DNA from: Klebsormidium nitens
Taxonomy: Eukaryota > Plantae > Klebsormidiophyceae
Length of the DNA stretch: 64,000 bases
NCBI GenBank assembly: GCA_000708835.1
Contig: DF236957.1
Span: forward strand, 1-64,000
Reading direction: 5' to 3'
The translations under genes and the position numbers were made by a program. Below the pieces are notes generated by a model. That model worked only from the letters and a program-made list of their open reading frames with translations. It ran no database searches and was not told where the DNA came from. Below, piece after piece: positions 1-12,667 of the stretch. Each line of letters starts with the position of its first letter. The first letter of the stretch is position 1.

Positions 1-342
1 ACTTCTAACATAAGTCCTATTGAAATGTCGTTTCCAGCTTGCGATGGTCGTGGATCCGGATTTAAGAGATTTCATTCAGGAGCGACGTTTGCAGGCCACG
101 GAACCTACGGGAGCATTCCCCGCGGGATCAGGACAGACATTTTATCAACAAGCAGAAGACATCGTTTTCTCGATAGCAGGCATCTCGCTTCTTACCGTTC
201 AACCGCATGTTGCAACTTCTTCTGTTGGTCGGAAGGAACTTACCTTTTTGATGACAAGACCAAAACTTTCTAGTGAAATCTTTTGCATTGAAGGCTGAAA
301 AACTTGATCTGACTTCTCAACGGAGACTGCTTCCTCTTGCAG

Positions 343-430
343 CAAAGAGCACCAGAAGCTTCATTGGAGGACGCACAAGAACCATTGCCAGCCCGAGAGG
401 TTAATGCGACCTGATTGGCTAGTATTCTGA
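343..430 (+). CDS. Terminal exon of a MYND zinc-finger gene (5' exons lie upstream of the window)
   Basis: Acceptor ttcctcttgcag at 342, then (AG)C AAA GAG CAC CAG AAG CTT CAT TGG AGG ACG CAC AAG AAC CAT TGC = SKEHQKLHWRTHKNHC...VF* (stop 428-430). This is the C-terminal half of a MYND finger, near-identical to and in the same intron phase as the exon at 4229-4364 (-). Confidence 0.8.
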
Positions 431-2113
431 GCCAGTAACTGCAGCGTTGGCAGAATAAGCAGGGGAACGACCTCATCGAGAGTCTCATTGCATTTTTTTC
501 GTATTCAGAGGGTTCCGTCAGAAGGGAAAGCGCCATAGCTTGAAGATACCCGAGTAATTGATGTTCTGTTCGATGTTCAGCTCTTCAAGCGGAAGCGGAT
601 AACCACCATTTAGCTGACCCGGTTCGTTTTAGAGCGGAAATAAATATTACCGGCGCCATCATGATGTGTATACATACGGTATGACGTAGAGACGGTGAAT
701 TGAGGACAGTAAGCGGCTCATATGGTATACGAGTCCACGCCAGTATATGAGGCCACGCTCAGAGAGAGGAAGTGGTAGTATGAGACCACGCAGCGCACCT
801 CTGCATGCTGGCTCGTGCACATGACGATAGCTCATGGCATAAGTTATGTATGATGAATGGCCATACCGATAGGAGGTTCAGCTAAAAGGCGGCCCGATTC
901 ATGCCCTAAAGGAAGTATATATGTTGGGCTCTCTTAAAAGAGCCAATGACCAGGACGGATGCGCGCGGCGCGAAGTGTACTGGCGAGAGGTCAAGTATAC
1001 GTGTGGTTACTAGGGCAGATCGTCATGCCTGGCGATTGAGTTCGGCCTTCTGTCCTTATCATCGTAATACCACCCCGATTGGAAAAGTGATCCAACTTAT
1101 TGTGACAGACCTGGAAGGACATGTTCAGAACGCTTATACACGAGACTGGCTGAGGCTTGGGCTTCACACAATTTTGCGTGGCTTCACATCAAATAGGCTA
1201 GTACGGTCGCCAACGGCGAAAAGAGCATGGGTGCACCTCTTCCCCATGCAAGAGAACGTGCTGAAACAACATATCCCTGCTCAACAGCACGGACGTTTAC
1301 GTACTGGGTCGGACGAAGACGCCCAGTAAAGATAAGGTTTTTGATCGCTTGCATAATCCGTACTTCTCCGTAGACCATTACGACGTGACTTACATATGAG
1401 AGCCCTCTAATAGGGGACGGTACGCTGATTTTAAGCGCGGGCACCCGGTTCCTGAAGTTATCTGGCGATTAACAGCGCGCTGCCCCAGAAAACGTCCTCG
1501 ACCGGTCATCCGGGCATGATATCTCAAGGTTGTTATGCAGATGGAAAAGCGGGCTCTCAGGTACAGCTATTCTGATTCAATTTGGCATACTTGGTCTTGG
1601 AGTCTATTCAGCAGTCTGCTTGCTTCCTCAGCACACTTCGAGAAGACAACTCCGAAGACGAGAAACTCTACTGTACATCCATTGAAGGAGGAATCCACGT
1701 TCTAAATGCGGAGCCGGACCAAATCTGCTTCCTTGCAGAGAAATTTGCCTGTCAAGCCTGCGATAACTATTTTCAAAGGACAAGGAATGGATGTCAGACC
1801 AATTTCGTACATGGATCGTCTGCAAATTCTAACACGAACGGAACGACACCAGAAGACGGGTCAGAGACGGCCTCCAAAAAACTTCTTCCAAATCTATTTG
1901 ATCTCGGTAAAAGACCGAGTTATAAGTTTTATGAGACCCGTCGGAGAGTGCCTTCCCTTCTCAAAAAGCATTGACGTACAATGTGCCAGCAGAATCTTAA
2001 ACCTGGGAGTCTGGGATATTTGAATCTAACACCTTCAGATCGATGCCGTTCTTTGCTTTTCCAAGGACTTGTATGACGTCAGTGGACAGCCGTTATCAGC
2101 CCCAAATCTTCTC

Positions 2114-2706
2114 TTACGGAACGCCCATTCGCCCCTTCGCCTCTTCCAGTTGCCGCGCGTGCTCCGGACAAAAGCTCGCGCCCTTTCGGTCCGTTTCGGA
2201 CAGCGTGTTGGAGAACCACATGACGCAGTCGCGCCGCGCGCAGTGCGCCACACCGAACACGTGCCCCAGCTCGTGCACCGCCTCGATGCGCGCGCGAGCG
2301 CGCAGCCGCGCGGATAGCGTCCAGCCGCGCGGTTGAGAAGACAGCCGCCCTTTCAAGAGACAATGCTTCGTTGAAGGCGAAGTTGAGATCAGGCACGTAA
2401 AGCTCGACTGACGTCACCCCGAGGTGGATCTCGTCATCTCGCGCGTTCTTGTCCGCGAGGGCGCGCAGGAAGTGCGTCGTGAGGAACTGCTGACGCCCCC
2501 TGGAGAAGGCGTCGCTGGGAATGGGGAGCTCTTTGCCTTTCGTTGTCCGCATGCCAAAGCTTTCTTGGATATCCCGCTGGTCGAATTGGGAAGTTCAGTT
2601 GGGAGAATCGGAGGGTTTTGAAGGGATGCACCACAATCTTGGGGCGCGCGGCCGCCCTGCCGCCGGCACTATTTGCTGCGGTCGCAGGCGACATCTTGTC
2701 AGCCAT
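2114..2706 (-). CDS. Archaemetzincin-like zinc metallopeptidase (MEROPS M54), apparently frameshifted near 2318
   Basis: Two overlapping frames give ...ELPIPSDAFSRGRQQFLTTHFLRAL...HLGVTSVELYVPDLNFAFNEA...AAVFSTARLD and then RARIEAVHELGHVFGVAHCARRDCVMWFSNTLSETDRKGASFCPEH (HEXXHXXGXXH, Met-turn CVM, Cys cluster typical of archaemetzincins). Putative 55-nt intron 2577-2631 (gtgcat...ctgaac...ccag) joins MADKMSP...PKIV to RDIQESFG. No intron explains the frame change at ~2318. Confidence 0.8.
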
Positions 2707-4228
2707 TCTGTGCTCACTCTTGGAATGAGCCTGTGTTGTTGAGCAGGATGTTTCAGCTGAATACCTCCTCAAATGCTGCTTGGCCGAATCTGCAAGAGCC
2801 CGTACGCCTCTTTCCTTCTCCCGTACGTGATCAAGCCGGGGAGCAGCTTAAGTTCTAAAACTCATGCGAGCACCCCTGCCAAAGTTTTTCGGTTCACGTT
2901 TCGCACAAGCAGCAATGCTCGTCGCAGTAACGTTGAATTGCCCTATTCCAGCAGGAAACCTTGAACTCATTCGAGAAGCCCCCTCGCCCCACCTGATTCT
3001 ACTCCTCATTTTTCCGACTCTGTCGTAAGCGGTGCATCTTTTCCACCCAGCAGCCCCGCTCGCTGCCCATGCATGGCTAAAGTATTCGAATGCCATTCCA
3101 CCAGAAAGACTGTTTCTCTCACCTTCATTGAGATCGACCCTCGCCCATTTCGTTCACGTCAGCGGATTCTCGTCCGTGGAATACTCCGTATGATCTGCCC
3201 GAGCGGCGCGCCCCCGCTCGCAGGGATACGTGAGACGACCTTTCTTACTGTGTATCATATTCATGTAAAGCACAGAGATAACTTCATGCCTTCTACGCCG
3301 AGATTTGCCCGTGAGGATCTGAGGAGAGTTCCTTTCCCAATCAACTTTCTCGGACTTCGTTACAAACTTCACATACATTGAGAAACAACCATGTATGTCT
3401 TATGAAGAAGATTCGTCTCTGAAATTGAGAGTATTGAGATGGATAATTGATGCTACGAACGGGTTCTTCAATCCATACGATGTATATACCATGTTGTACC
3501 TTCTTCAAGAGAAGCTACTAATAGTGGGGCGAGGGGGCCGCGAGATGTCGATGGAATGCAGTAAAGCCCGTCAATCGATCGGACTATGGGTCACTCGTTT
3601 AACGTACTATTGAAAGCAGGATGCCTCATAGCAAACAAGCGGCAACTTTTGCGTCAGGCTTCCGAAGGAAGGGACCGTACGCGGATCATTCTGACCTTCG
3701 CAAGACCTTAAAGATTGACTTTGTTGAGCGCGGCCAACGAACCTTCCCAGATCGAAAATGACAAGGAGCTACGGCAGGGAAAGGATTATCCAGGTGATGA
3801 GTGGGTCAGAGTTGGTGGCGTTTCAAGATGTGGGACCCCAAATCTACGTACCTCTCTTTCAAGTATTGAGGGGAAAGATGACACACATGGGACACGCCTG
3901 GTCGCTGAGCTGTGCGCCCCCCATCACATTTGGTTTTGTAGGCTCTGCAAAGAATACCAAGCATGGCAGCAAGGAACTTCCTGACAACCACAACAAGCAT
4001 CTCGTGAAATGGACACGTCCAATGAACTGTGAAATAGGAGCCTTAGGGCTCTCTATCGTCCATTTCAGCAATCGACTGCACCACTTACAGTCCGTGCAAC
4101 GAACCGATTCTGAAGGTTGCAGGTTCTAAACTAATGTACTAGTCGCTTCGGAAATGCGCCATCCGCCATTAACACAAGACACATGTCCGAGTCCGAGTCT
4201 GATTTTTCTCAAAGCAGACTTGGGATCG

Positions 4229-6243
4229 CTACTCCGGCTCCAGCTCCTTCCATCGCGCTTCCCTCCCGCCTTTCCTGCCTGGCTTCGCTTCTGCGTTCGT
4301 GATGACCAGCTGGGCCTGACAGTGTTTCCTGTGAGTCCTCCAGTGAAGTTTCTGGTGCTCCTTGCTGCAGAAAGAGTCTCCTGGCGGTTTCGCTTTTGCA
4401 GAAACGGAAGGAACATGCAGGTTCATTTGGATTCGCGATTGGATTCGCGATACTTTTCGACCTCATGCTCCCCATCTTCCCGGCAGACGTCACACAAACT
4501 CGATGGAAATGAGTTCAAAGGTTTGTGATTTATTCAGGTGAAAACAAGAAGAGAATTAATTGAGGCACTCAGATGACCTACTCTGAGCGGAAAGAGTCGC
4601 AGATCTCGGAGAGAAAGAATGCCAAGATGCAAGAGCTTCCCTTCCTACGAGAAGCTTTCCCAATAAGCCACAATTCGGAACGAACTTTACTAACCGCAGC
4701 AGAAACTACATCATTCTCTGCTCCTGCGCTCTTCTTTAGATGTTTTCGACATGACGAGAGACTCGGTTTATAACAAGCTCAAGATCGCCTCCATTCTCTG
4801 ATCGAGGCTGTCTTTCAATGTTTTTGACATGACGAGAGACTCGGTTCATAACAAGCTCAAGATCGCCTCCATCCTCTGATCGAGGCTGCCTGCAATGACT
4901 CCACAAGATACCCTTAAGTGCAGAAGCTTCCATCATACATTGGAAAGGCCAGAACTCTTCCGTACAGCCAACCAATCCTCTCTTGCAAAATAGACACGTT
5001 TCTACACTCACCTGCAGTAGCGCGCCACCTGACAGCGCGCGCATCTGCTGAAACCCCCCGAGTCTGGCTCCGGCCCAGCGGTACTCAGCTTCCAAGAGCA
5101 CACGGTCCGCGTGGGGAAGGCGCCAGAAGTAGCATGCCTTCTGGCAAACCTCCAACGCTCGTCCGAGTACGAAATCTTGAAGCCAGGCCAAGGGTGGTCG
5201 CCGTCCATTCGCCTCAGATTGGGTGGCACCTTGCCTGACAACCCCGCCTTGAGGCGACCCCAAAACACCTCTGACTCTGGTGAAGCGGCATTGATGATGT
5301 CTTTGTGAACTTTGAGACGGGAGAGAGCGTTAAGCTGCTGCAGCTTTTTCAGGGCTTCCTCTGTCTCTACCAAGCGCAACAGCACCGTGTTGCATCTGCT
5401 TGCTGCGATTTTCTGACGCCCGCTGGGATCATCGGAGACAAGTAGATTGGCTATCTCGCGCCTGTGCGTGCTCTCATAGACTGCGCAGAGGATATCGAGC
5501 AGGCCCACATCTAAGAGCCATATCTGGCTGTCAGCTGAGAAAGCGAGCGCTGCAATCACGCTCGTCAGAAGAAACTTTAGGTCCCGAGCTCGCTGTGGAT
5601 CCGCGTCGAGTTTCTTGGCAAAGTCCTTTGAGAAGACGCGCTTGAAACCTTGCAATATTTCAGCTATGTTTGGCAGGTTTCTGATGGCATCGCGGAACAC
5701 TCTCGAGCCTTTGGATAGATTGGCCAAGCCGTCGATGCCGTATCGCAGCAAGGATTTTGGAGGTTCGGACGAAGCTTCCTGATCTTGGGAGAAGAGCATG
5801 TCAAGACCTTCCATGAAGTCAAAGGCAAACTCCTGAACAAGAGACTGAACAGTCGCAACATCCTTCGATAAGCACTCTACGACAACGTTGCTGTCCATCA
5901 GCCTCAGGAGAGCCCCGATATATGGAAACGTAAGACGATCGCCAACATCAGATTGTTGCCCTTCCTCCCCACTTGAGCTCCGCTCATAATGCTCAATCAT
6001 TAAGTACGTCTGCATGCCTGGTATCCTTCTAGGTGCGTGCAGAACGCGTCCTAAGAGGACCCTCAAGACAGACCCTCCGTTGAATGCTGCTAGCTCTTGC
6101 AGTTTTCTAGAGTAGTCCGTCGTATCTGCGCATGAATGAGCGTCCCTCAGCTTCCGAGTACCGCTCAGTCCCTCATTTGGATTTTCCGACGTAAGCAGGG
6201 CGGCGCAGTGCTCAATAAACTGATCAAGGTCTGTGGCTTCCAT
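4229..6243 (-). CDS. MYND zinc-finger protein with long helical N-terminal region (2 exons: 6243-5012, 4364-4229)
   Basis: The 411-aa ORF ends ...VCSWK...FSRCARCQVARYC at a donor (AG|gtgagt, 5012/5011). The acceptor ttctgcag| at 4365 continues SKEHQKLHWRTHRKHC, completing the CxxC...CxxC...YC...Q..HW..H...C MYND motif. Confidence 0.85.
4748..4890. repeat. Two-copy ~78 bp tandem duplication in the MYND gene intron
   Basis: gacatgacgagagactcggtt(t/c)ataacaagctcaagatcgcctccat(t/c)ctctgatcgaggctg occurs at ~4748 and ~4826. Confidence 0.9.
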
Positions 6244-7481
6244 CTTTCACGAAGGCATTGAACCCTTAGGCCAGGATATCCAAGAGGCGACTGAGCTTAT
6301 TCGGTTTTCTGCACGCTCCTGAAGCGGGACACCATGAGATGTAATCACCTCTGAGAGCTTTTGCGCACTATGAGAAAAGAGACTTGTTCGGGCTTGGATT
6401 GCCAACCGTGCCGGCAGCAGAAACACTTTACTCTTTCAACCTTTGAAACTCTGAGTCCTGCCCTTGCGACAATAAAGCCCAGGATTGGTTCCACTTGGTT
6501 CCTCAGAATGAAGGAAAGAGACGCTGCTTGTGACGTACTTTGAACAGGCTTCTGAATTTCTCGGTCGTTTCAGCCTTGCGGCTTAAGGCTGGCGAGAAGA
6601 TGTGCTAAGCTGGCAAGTCCGGGAGTCGATCGTCTGATGCATGCTTTCTGCCTGGGACTTTAACTGCCGTCGTATCGTTATGCACATCGTTGAGTCCTGA
6701 CTCCAATGTTGGCATCAGGTCTGACGTGTACTAATCGAAACACTCAGGTTCGTCAAGAAAAGCTCAAAGTTCACATCGAACTTTGGTGCCGAGGAAAATC
6801 TTTGAAACGTAGTCGACTACTTTCAAGCACCATCGGTTCGACCTAACTGCACGATCAACTAATTGATAGCTATCTCGCGGAGCTGTGCCCTGGTTGCTTG
6901 ACGCTCGAGGAGCTGCTATGTTAACCATGAGCGCGGCGGCGTATACGTCTTATATAATTCGATCAGAGAAGCCGCTTATATGTTCTTTCAATTTGGCATC
7001 AAGCTCAGCGCCAGCCCATGGGTCAGTCGCCTCAATCTGGCTTCTGGCAGGAGATTAAACGCAGGTGGCGACAAATGCAGGATGACTGTACTCAAAGTTC
7101 GTTGCGTATAATGATGCTGGCATTGCGGACACACGGATCGATCAGCTGGGCGACCTTGACAGAAATTACTATGTACATGCAAGTAATCCTTTATTGTGTC
7201 AAGGACATGTTTATCATGCAATCCACTGCATGTGTCTAAATTTCAGCCTCTTCATGCCCTTTAAGCGGCCTTCTTTGGACGCTTCGATGATCGATCTGCT
7301 GGCACATCACCAAATGCATTGCGTGATAGGCATACATAAGGTACCGCGTCAAGCATATCACGTTCCACCCACCACCGCGGCATGCTGGTGTGCCACATAC
7401 AAGCCCGGCTGAATACGCCCAGCTTCCGCGCAAAAAAGAGAGCCAGGTAGATCATAGTCCACAATCACAACACACCGGTCA

Positions 7482-10400
7482 TCAACTGACCGGCACTGCC
7501 CGCTTCAGGGCAAACTGCACTGGACTCTCTAAGACTTGCACCTCCGTCTGCCCCCACACATCTTTCCGTGTTGGCAAGGCTACCAACGTATCTACTACCG
7601 GCATATCCTCAGGAATCACGTGCCCAAAGACCGTATGCGCTGTATCCCACTCTACATGGTCCCCAACGCTGATGAAAAACTCGGGGCCGCCCCCGATGAG
7701 GCACACTGTGCCACGCACGGCGACCGTGGCGCCCTCCATTGGGATCTCCTCGAAGGCAAGGCCGTCCGCTTGAAGGCTCCCCTGGAGAAGGGCGTACGGG
7801 GGACCGGGTGGCGCCTGCGTGGAGAAAGCGAAAAAGGAAGACGTGAGACGAGCCACGATGTTACAAAAGTTGGAAGTTGAGCCTGCCTTTTCACAGTTCA
7901 AGTCGAGAACGATATGAATCAGAGTAGAGGACGGGGCGGAGGACAAACGAGCAGGACAGAAATTGGAGAGGCCCGATCGTCTGCAGCACTTTCCGAGCTG
8001 TGCATAAGGCAAGTGATTAAACTCTGGATGGCTGAGAAAACAGCCAAAAGGACAGAAACGCTGAGTGAGCTTTGTGATAAAGATGCGCATTCCTGATTCA
8101 GTTGCTCTCCGTATTTTCCCTGCCTTTGCCCTGACTAACGAGTGTTTGCGAATCTTCCCACAGCTTCACCAGTGCCTACTGCTGGGAATCGTCTTAGTGG
8201 GTAGCAGTCTAGATTTTCCACGCCTTTATTGCGGCACAAAGGGGCAAACTGCTGGAAACAAGCTGAGCTTTCAGCAGGAATGAAGCCGCCCGTCAGAACG
8301 GGGCTTATACAAGCAGGCCGGCGCTCCTTGTAAGGTCGACATCCTAGCCTTCGCAACAGACGATCCACAAGATAGGGCTTCAAGAACAGCGAGTCCTGCC
8401 TTCTATAGCGGAGCCGTGACAGTCTGTCTGCAGGCCGAGACAAGATTACCCCGACGTATAGGAAACATGGCCTCTTCTCCTTGGTTGCAATGAACGACCG
8501 CCAGCGTCGCGCCTCGCACTTCCGTCCGTCTCGCTTTTCTGCTTCACGAAGCGCCTTCTTAAGCCAAAACAAAACAGGCAGGGATCCTAAGATCACCACG
8601 TGCCAGGTCCCTAGTCATAAAGCACGTAACGACGCTTACCTCCGTTCGTTTCCCGTCTTGCTCCAGCTTGCCCCCAGCCCTTTCTGTTTCTCGAAGCTCC
8701 TTCTCAAGCCAAAAGAATGCAGGCAGGCGGGATCCTAACAACACCATGTGGCAAGTCATAGTCATGAAGCACGCAACGACGCTCACCTCCGTTCGCTTCC
8801 CGTCTTTGCTCCACCCCGCCCCCAGCCCTTCCGCCCGGTAAAACTGGCACCCGCTGCAGAACTTTAGCGCCAACACGCTGCGGACGTAATCTACCGTCCG
8901 CGGCGCCAAGTCCGGTGCCAGCTGTCACGAAGGAATGTTTGCTGTTAAGGAAGTGGGTTAATGCTTTTTTTGAAGACGGTGGCTTTGTCAATGTCTAGTG
9001 TTTATAGAAGGTGGCTTTGCCGGGATCTGGAAGCAATTCCGTTGAGTGATCGTAAACTTTTGTGGAGAGATCAGCAAATTTCCAGCGTCCGCTGCGCTAC
9101 GCTTACCACCAGCTGAGATAACTAACATACGCTCCTCAACAACGTTGGCCGTATATCGGCCAACTTAGAGACAGCAAGCAACGTTCAAGAGACTGCCGGA
9201 AAGGGCTGGTCACGTCTGATTGTCTTTGTGGAGAGGGTCAACCAGTATGCCGCGCTAGTTGACTCTGGGGTACTCCGCTGCACATCTCTGAGTAACCCGT
9301 ATAGTTATTGCTTGAGGATGCGTAAGAGGATATGTCAAGTGGCCAGATGAGTGCGAATGTCTCGGTCAGCGAAAGGTCACAGCGGCTGACTCGGATTGTG
9401 CAATATCTCATCGATAGTCCAATCTCTTGTTACTGACCGCAAACAAGCTCAGCCATTCAGGGTTTTCTCTCTCTCTCGCTTACTTCATAGAAGTTTGATT
9501 CTGTGCGTAATCAGCTTTCCTCTTAGCATTCACTTTACTAGAAAGAACGTGAGATTTGGAACCAAGGCCGTTGCGAGACTCACCTGTATCCGAATCTTGC
9601 CATGAGCGGTCTCCAAAGCGACGACGCCCTGTCCAATAACGCAGAAAGCTCGTCAGAACGCGGCACGAATTTCCGCCATCTGAACAAGGCACCTAGCGCG
9701 TGTGCATAACCGAGGTACCAGAAGATGTAGCAGGGGACGACAAAGTGCCCTCGATAATTCAGCGCTCTTAATCGGAAGAAAACTGGTAAAGCAGTCTTCT
9801 GATGCACTTCGTCGCAATATAGGGAACTCTGGCCTCGAACTCGAGAGGGGCTTGGGCCTTGTACAAGAGGAAATGACGATCGCCTCATCCGAGATGGAAA
9901 GATTCCAGGTGGGCTGTTTTGCATCCAGAAGTGAAAGAAAAGAAAGACGGGCTTGTCTAAATACAGGACGAAACTAAAGGCAGGCAAACAGGCCGTGTTA
10001 GCTATTGAAGCAACAACTAAGCAACGACTTCAGAGAGCATCGATATTTGGAGACCTGGGAGATTGGGGATGGCAGATACAATATTCAGGCTCGAGAAAGG
10101 TCCCCTCCCCTGTGCTCAAAGATGCAATAAGATAATACACTGCAAGTTCATCGGGGGCCATAAAACCAATCAATCAACTCGTGACCTGCACTGTTTGATG
10201 TCCCCCTCGACATCGCATCTACTCAATCGAATTGCAATCTCAAATCTTAGGAGAATCTGTTTCGGGTTGCAAGCCTTTCAGCAGACGACTTAACTGCTAA
10301 GGGAGCAAGGAATGTTCAGAATCAGCTTCGAGAAGTGAGCCACAAACACTCACCTTGGAGGATACGATCCGTGTTCAAGCTCTTAACGGAGGACCAGGTG

Positions 10401-11908
10401 ATGCACAGAATTTGAAAGATATCCATAAGTACGCTTCAAAAAGGAGCAACAAGCACTCACCATGCCAGTGGCGTAGATCATGCCGGACGTCCAGGGTACT
10501 TTGCCGGCACCCAATCGGATGTCCGGTTTCAACTCGTCCTGCTGCTTCTTCAGCCAACACTGCATAAGACAACGGGAATGATCGACTCCGTCAGAGTTGC
10601 ATCGACGTCATATTTCCTCGAAATGGGAGCCCTCATTGTGAACAGTTCAAGGTTCTTAGGTTGCAAAGGAGTAGGCAAGCCACAAAGGGAGACAGTGACC
10701 GCATGTTGTACACTTAAGTGGTTGCACTTGCGCACCTAGTTCTGATCATTCTGACGGAAAGAGCACAGGTTCGCTTTTACAGGTGGCATGAGATTCAAGG
10801 TAAGTGGCTTTGGAAAGAGTACTCTGTATCCACTTCCACGAAAACAGGACAGATTGTGCACAGGCCCTGTCAATGGAGTGGGGACATTTGCTTCTGGAAG
10901 CGCGTGTTCACGGGCATTGTGTAACTGAAGAGAGCGCGTCTCATTGGAGCCAGCCTCTGGGGTCCTTGGAAAGTCAAGACAGACTCAGTATTGTACTCCT
11001 TCTGCAGCAGCTCTAGCGACTTTGTTGCTTCTTCATACTCCTGTAGAGTAACGCCGCAAACCAATTGCAAAGATAACTAGCTCTGATGCTGAAATGAAGT
11101 CCTCGAAAGGCCAAGCAGAGAAAAGCATGGTCTAAAGTGATCTTGGAAACCTTTCAACAAACTGGGAAACAGAAGCAGACAACCAAGCGATGATACAAGT
11201 ACTCCTGTCCAACTTCCACGATTGCCTGGTCATGGACTTCTTCCTGAGTTGCTGGCCTTTCTTGAGTCCACCAAACCTTGAGGATACAAACGACTCCACG
11301 TATATACACCACAGGCTTCAGGCGCCGGCAGGCGAGCCCACCTCTTGGAAGTGCTCCTTGCACTCTGCCTCGTTTCCGCAGTATACCCATGAATCGCAGT
11401 GGCACAAGCCCTTGGTCTTGCACATCTCCCTGCACGAACCACAGCATGCCTCCGCCGACGCCTGCTTGTTCTTGTCCCCAGCAAGTGTCGCTGGGCCCCA
11501 AAGCTCCCAGCTCTCGATGCCGCGACAGGAACCACTTCCCGAGCTTGATTCTGAGGTGCTCGTTTCCTGCCTGGAGCTGGATTGGACCTCTTCTGTGCTC
11601 ATCGCTTGTTCACTGACGCTTGCTTCTGTCTTTCCAGTGGTGGTTTCCAGACTCGTCACATGTTCACCAATGCTTGCTCCTATCTTTCCAATTGTGGCGT
11701 CCAGTGCCCCGCTGCTTTCCGCTGGCCTTCTGATCATTGTGGAGAACGCCCTTGTGCTTTCAAACGTGGTGAGAAGGGCGAGGAATGCCAAGACTGCGAG
11801 GATGGCTAGCTTGCAGCACCAGCTGCCGGACGCCGACCCTCCGCTGAGGTCAGGTCGCGGCGGTCTTCGCCGAGATCGCAACAGGGGGGCTACTTGAAGC
11901 CCTGCCAT
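7482..11908 (-). CDS. Plant type-II membrane protein with Cys-rich domain and cyclophilin-like C-terminal domain (similar to Arabidopsis At4g17070/At4g33380 family); exons 11908-11342, 10559-10461, 9628-9584, 8921-8787, 7814-7482
   Basis: N-terminal TM (LAILAVLAFLALL), CRGIESWELWG...ACCGSC...CHCDSWVYCG...|CWLKKQ...VPWTSGMIY|GVVALETAHGKIRIQ|LAPDLAPRTVDYV...CSGCQFYRAE|APPGPPYALLQG...EWDTAHTVFGHV. All joins are canonical GT-AG and in frame. Family assignment is from recalled motifs. Confidence 0.85.
8490..8790 (-). repeat. Tandem degenerate copies (147-bp period) of exon-4 3' end plus donor site
   Basis: acggag|gtgagcgtcgttgcgtg (functional, 8787) is repeated as acggag|gtaagcgtcgttacgtg (~8640) and more decayed as acggaa|gtgcga (~8520). 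Confidence 0.85.
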
Positions 11909-12667
11909 TCCTTGCTAGAACTCAGGCTTTTCCAATGTGGTTGATGCAATACTTTGCTCTGCTGATCAAAGCAGGTTCAACAATCCCAAGCACCCTGTTG
12001 TTGAAGCTTATCTTTCGTTTCTGCTGATCATAGCAGTTTGCCCACGTGCCACGCATCCGGTTGTTGTAGCCTTGATGGGAATGACCAGTTGTCAGCTAGC
12101 GCAGGTGGATACGGTTTGATGAGCTGCATCAGAATGTAGCTGAAGCCAATCTTTGCTTCTGCCAATTGAAGCAGGTTAGATTAATCCAAGCATCCTGTTG
12201 TTGGACCTTCAATCAAGATGACCAATTGTCAACTAGCCGCTTCCTTCATCTGTCGCGGCTCAAAGTACGGCATCAGTGATCTGCACTAGAAATCTGTGAG
12301 GACCTTTTGCCCAGGAGCCCTCAGAATTGACACATTTCTGCCAATTGAATGCAGGTCTGATTCGTTCTATCAGCAGCGGCACTGCAGTTTAGAGCAAGCA
12401 GCTCTTAATCCACTTGTTGATTATACATCAACTCCCACTTCCTGAGCAAGCGCAAGCTGTCGCCTTTGGTGCCCCTCCTGCAATGCGCCCCAATATTGCG
12501 CCCTTCCAATCTGACTTTCCTGACTTCTGTACTTGAGCAGAGGCACGTCTTTAAAATCCTGATGAAGCTTCTAAACCGGACTTCTGTAATGAACGTAACC
12601 AGGTTTGAATACCCCGGCGACTGCGTTGGCACCGCGCCTAACTGTGCAGCTAACCCAAGGCTAACTA

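Noticed and set aside
1582-1974. 130-aa ORF with a CQAC motif
   Set aside because: No recognisable domain, no clear splice partners; an isolated CxxC is insufficient evidence.
3395-4129. Short plus-strand ORFs with protein-like text (e.g. WFCRLCK)
   Set aside because: Fragmented across frames with no family signature; may be decayed coding sequence but cannot be supported.
11190-11897. 235-aa plus-strand ORF
   Set aside because: Antisense shadow of exon 1 of the cyclophilin-like gene.
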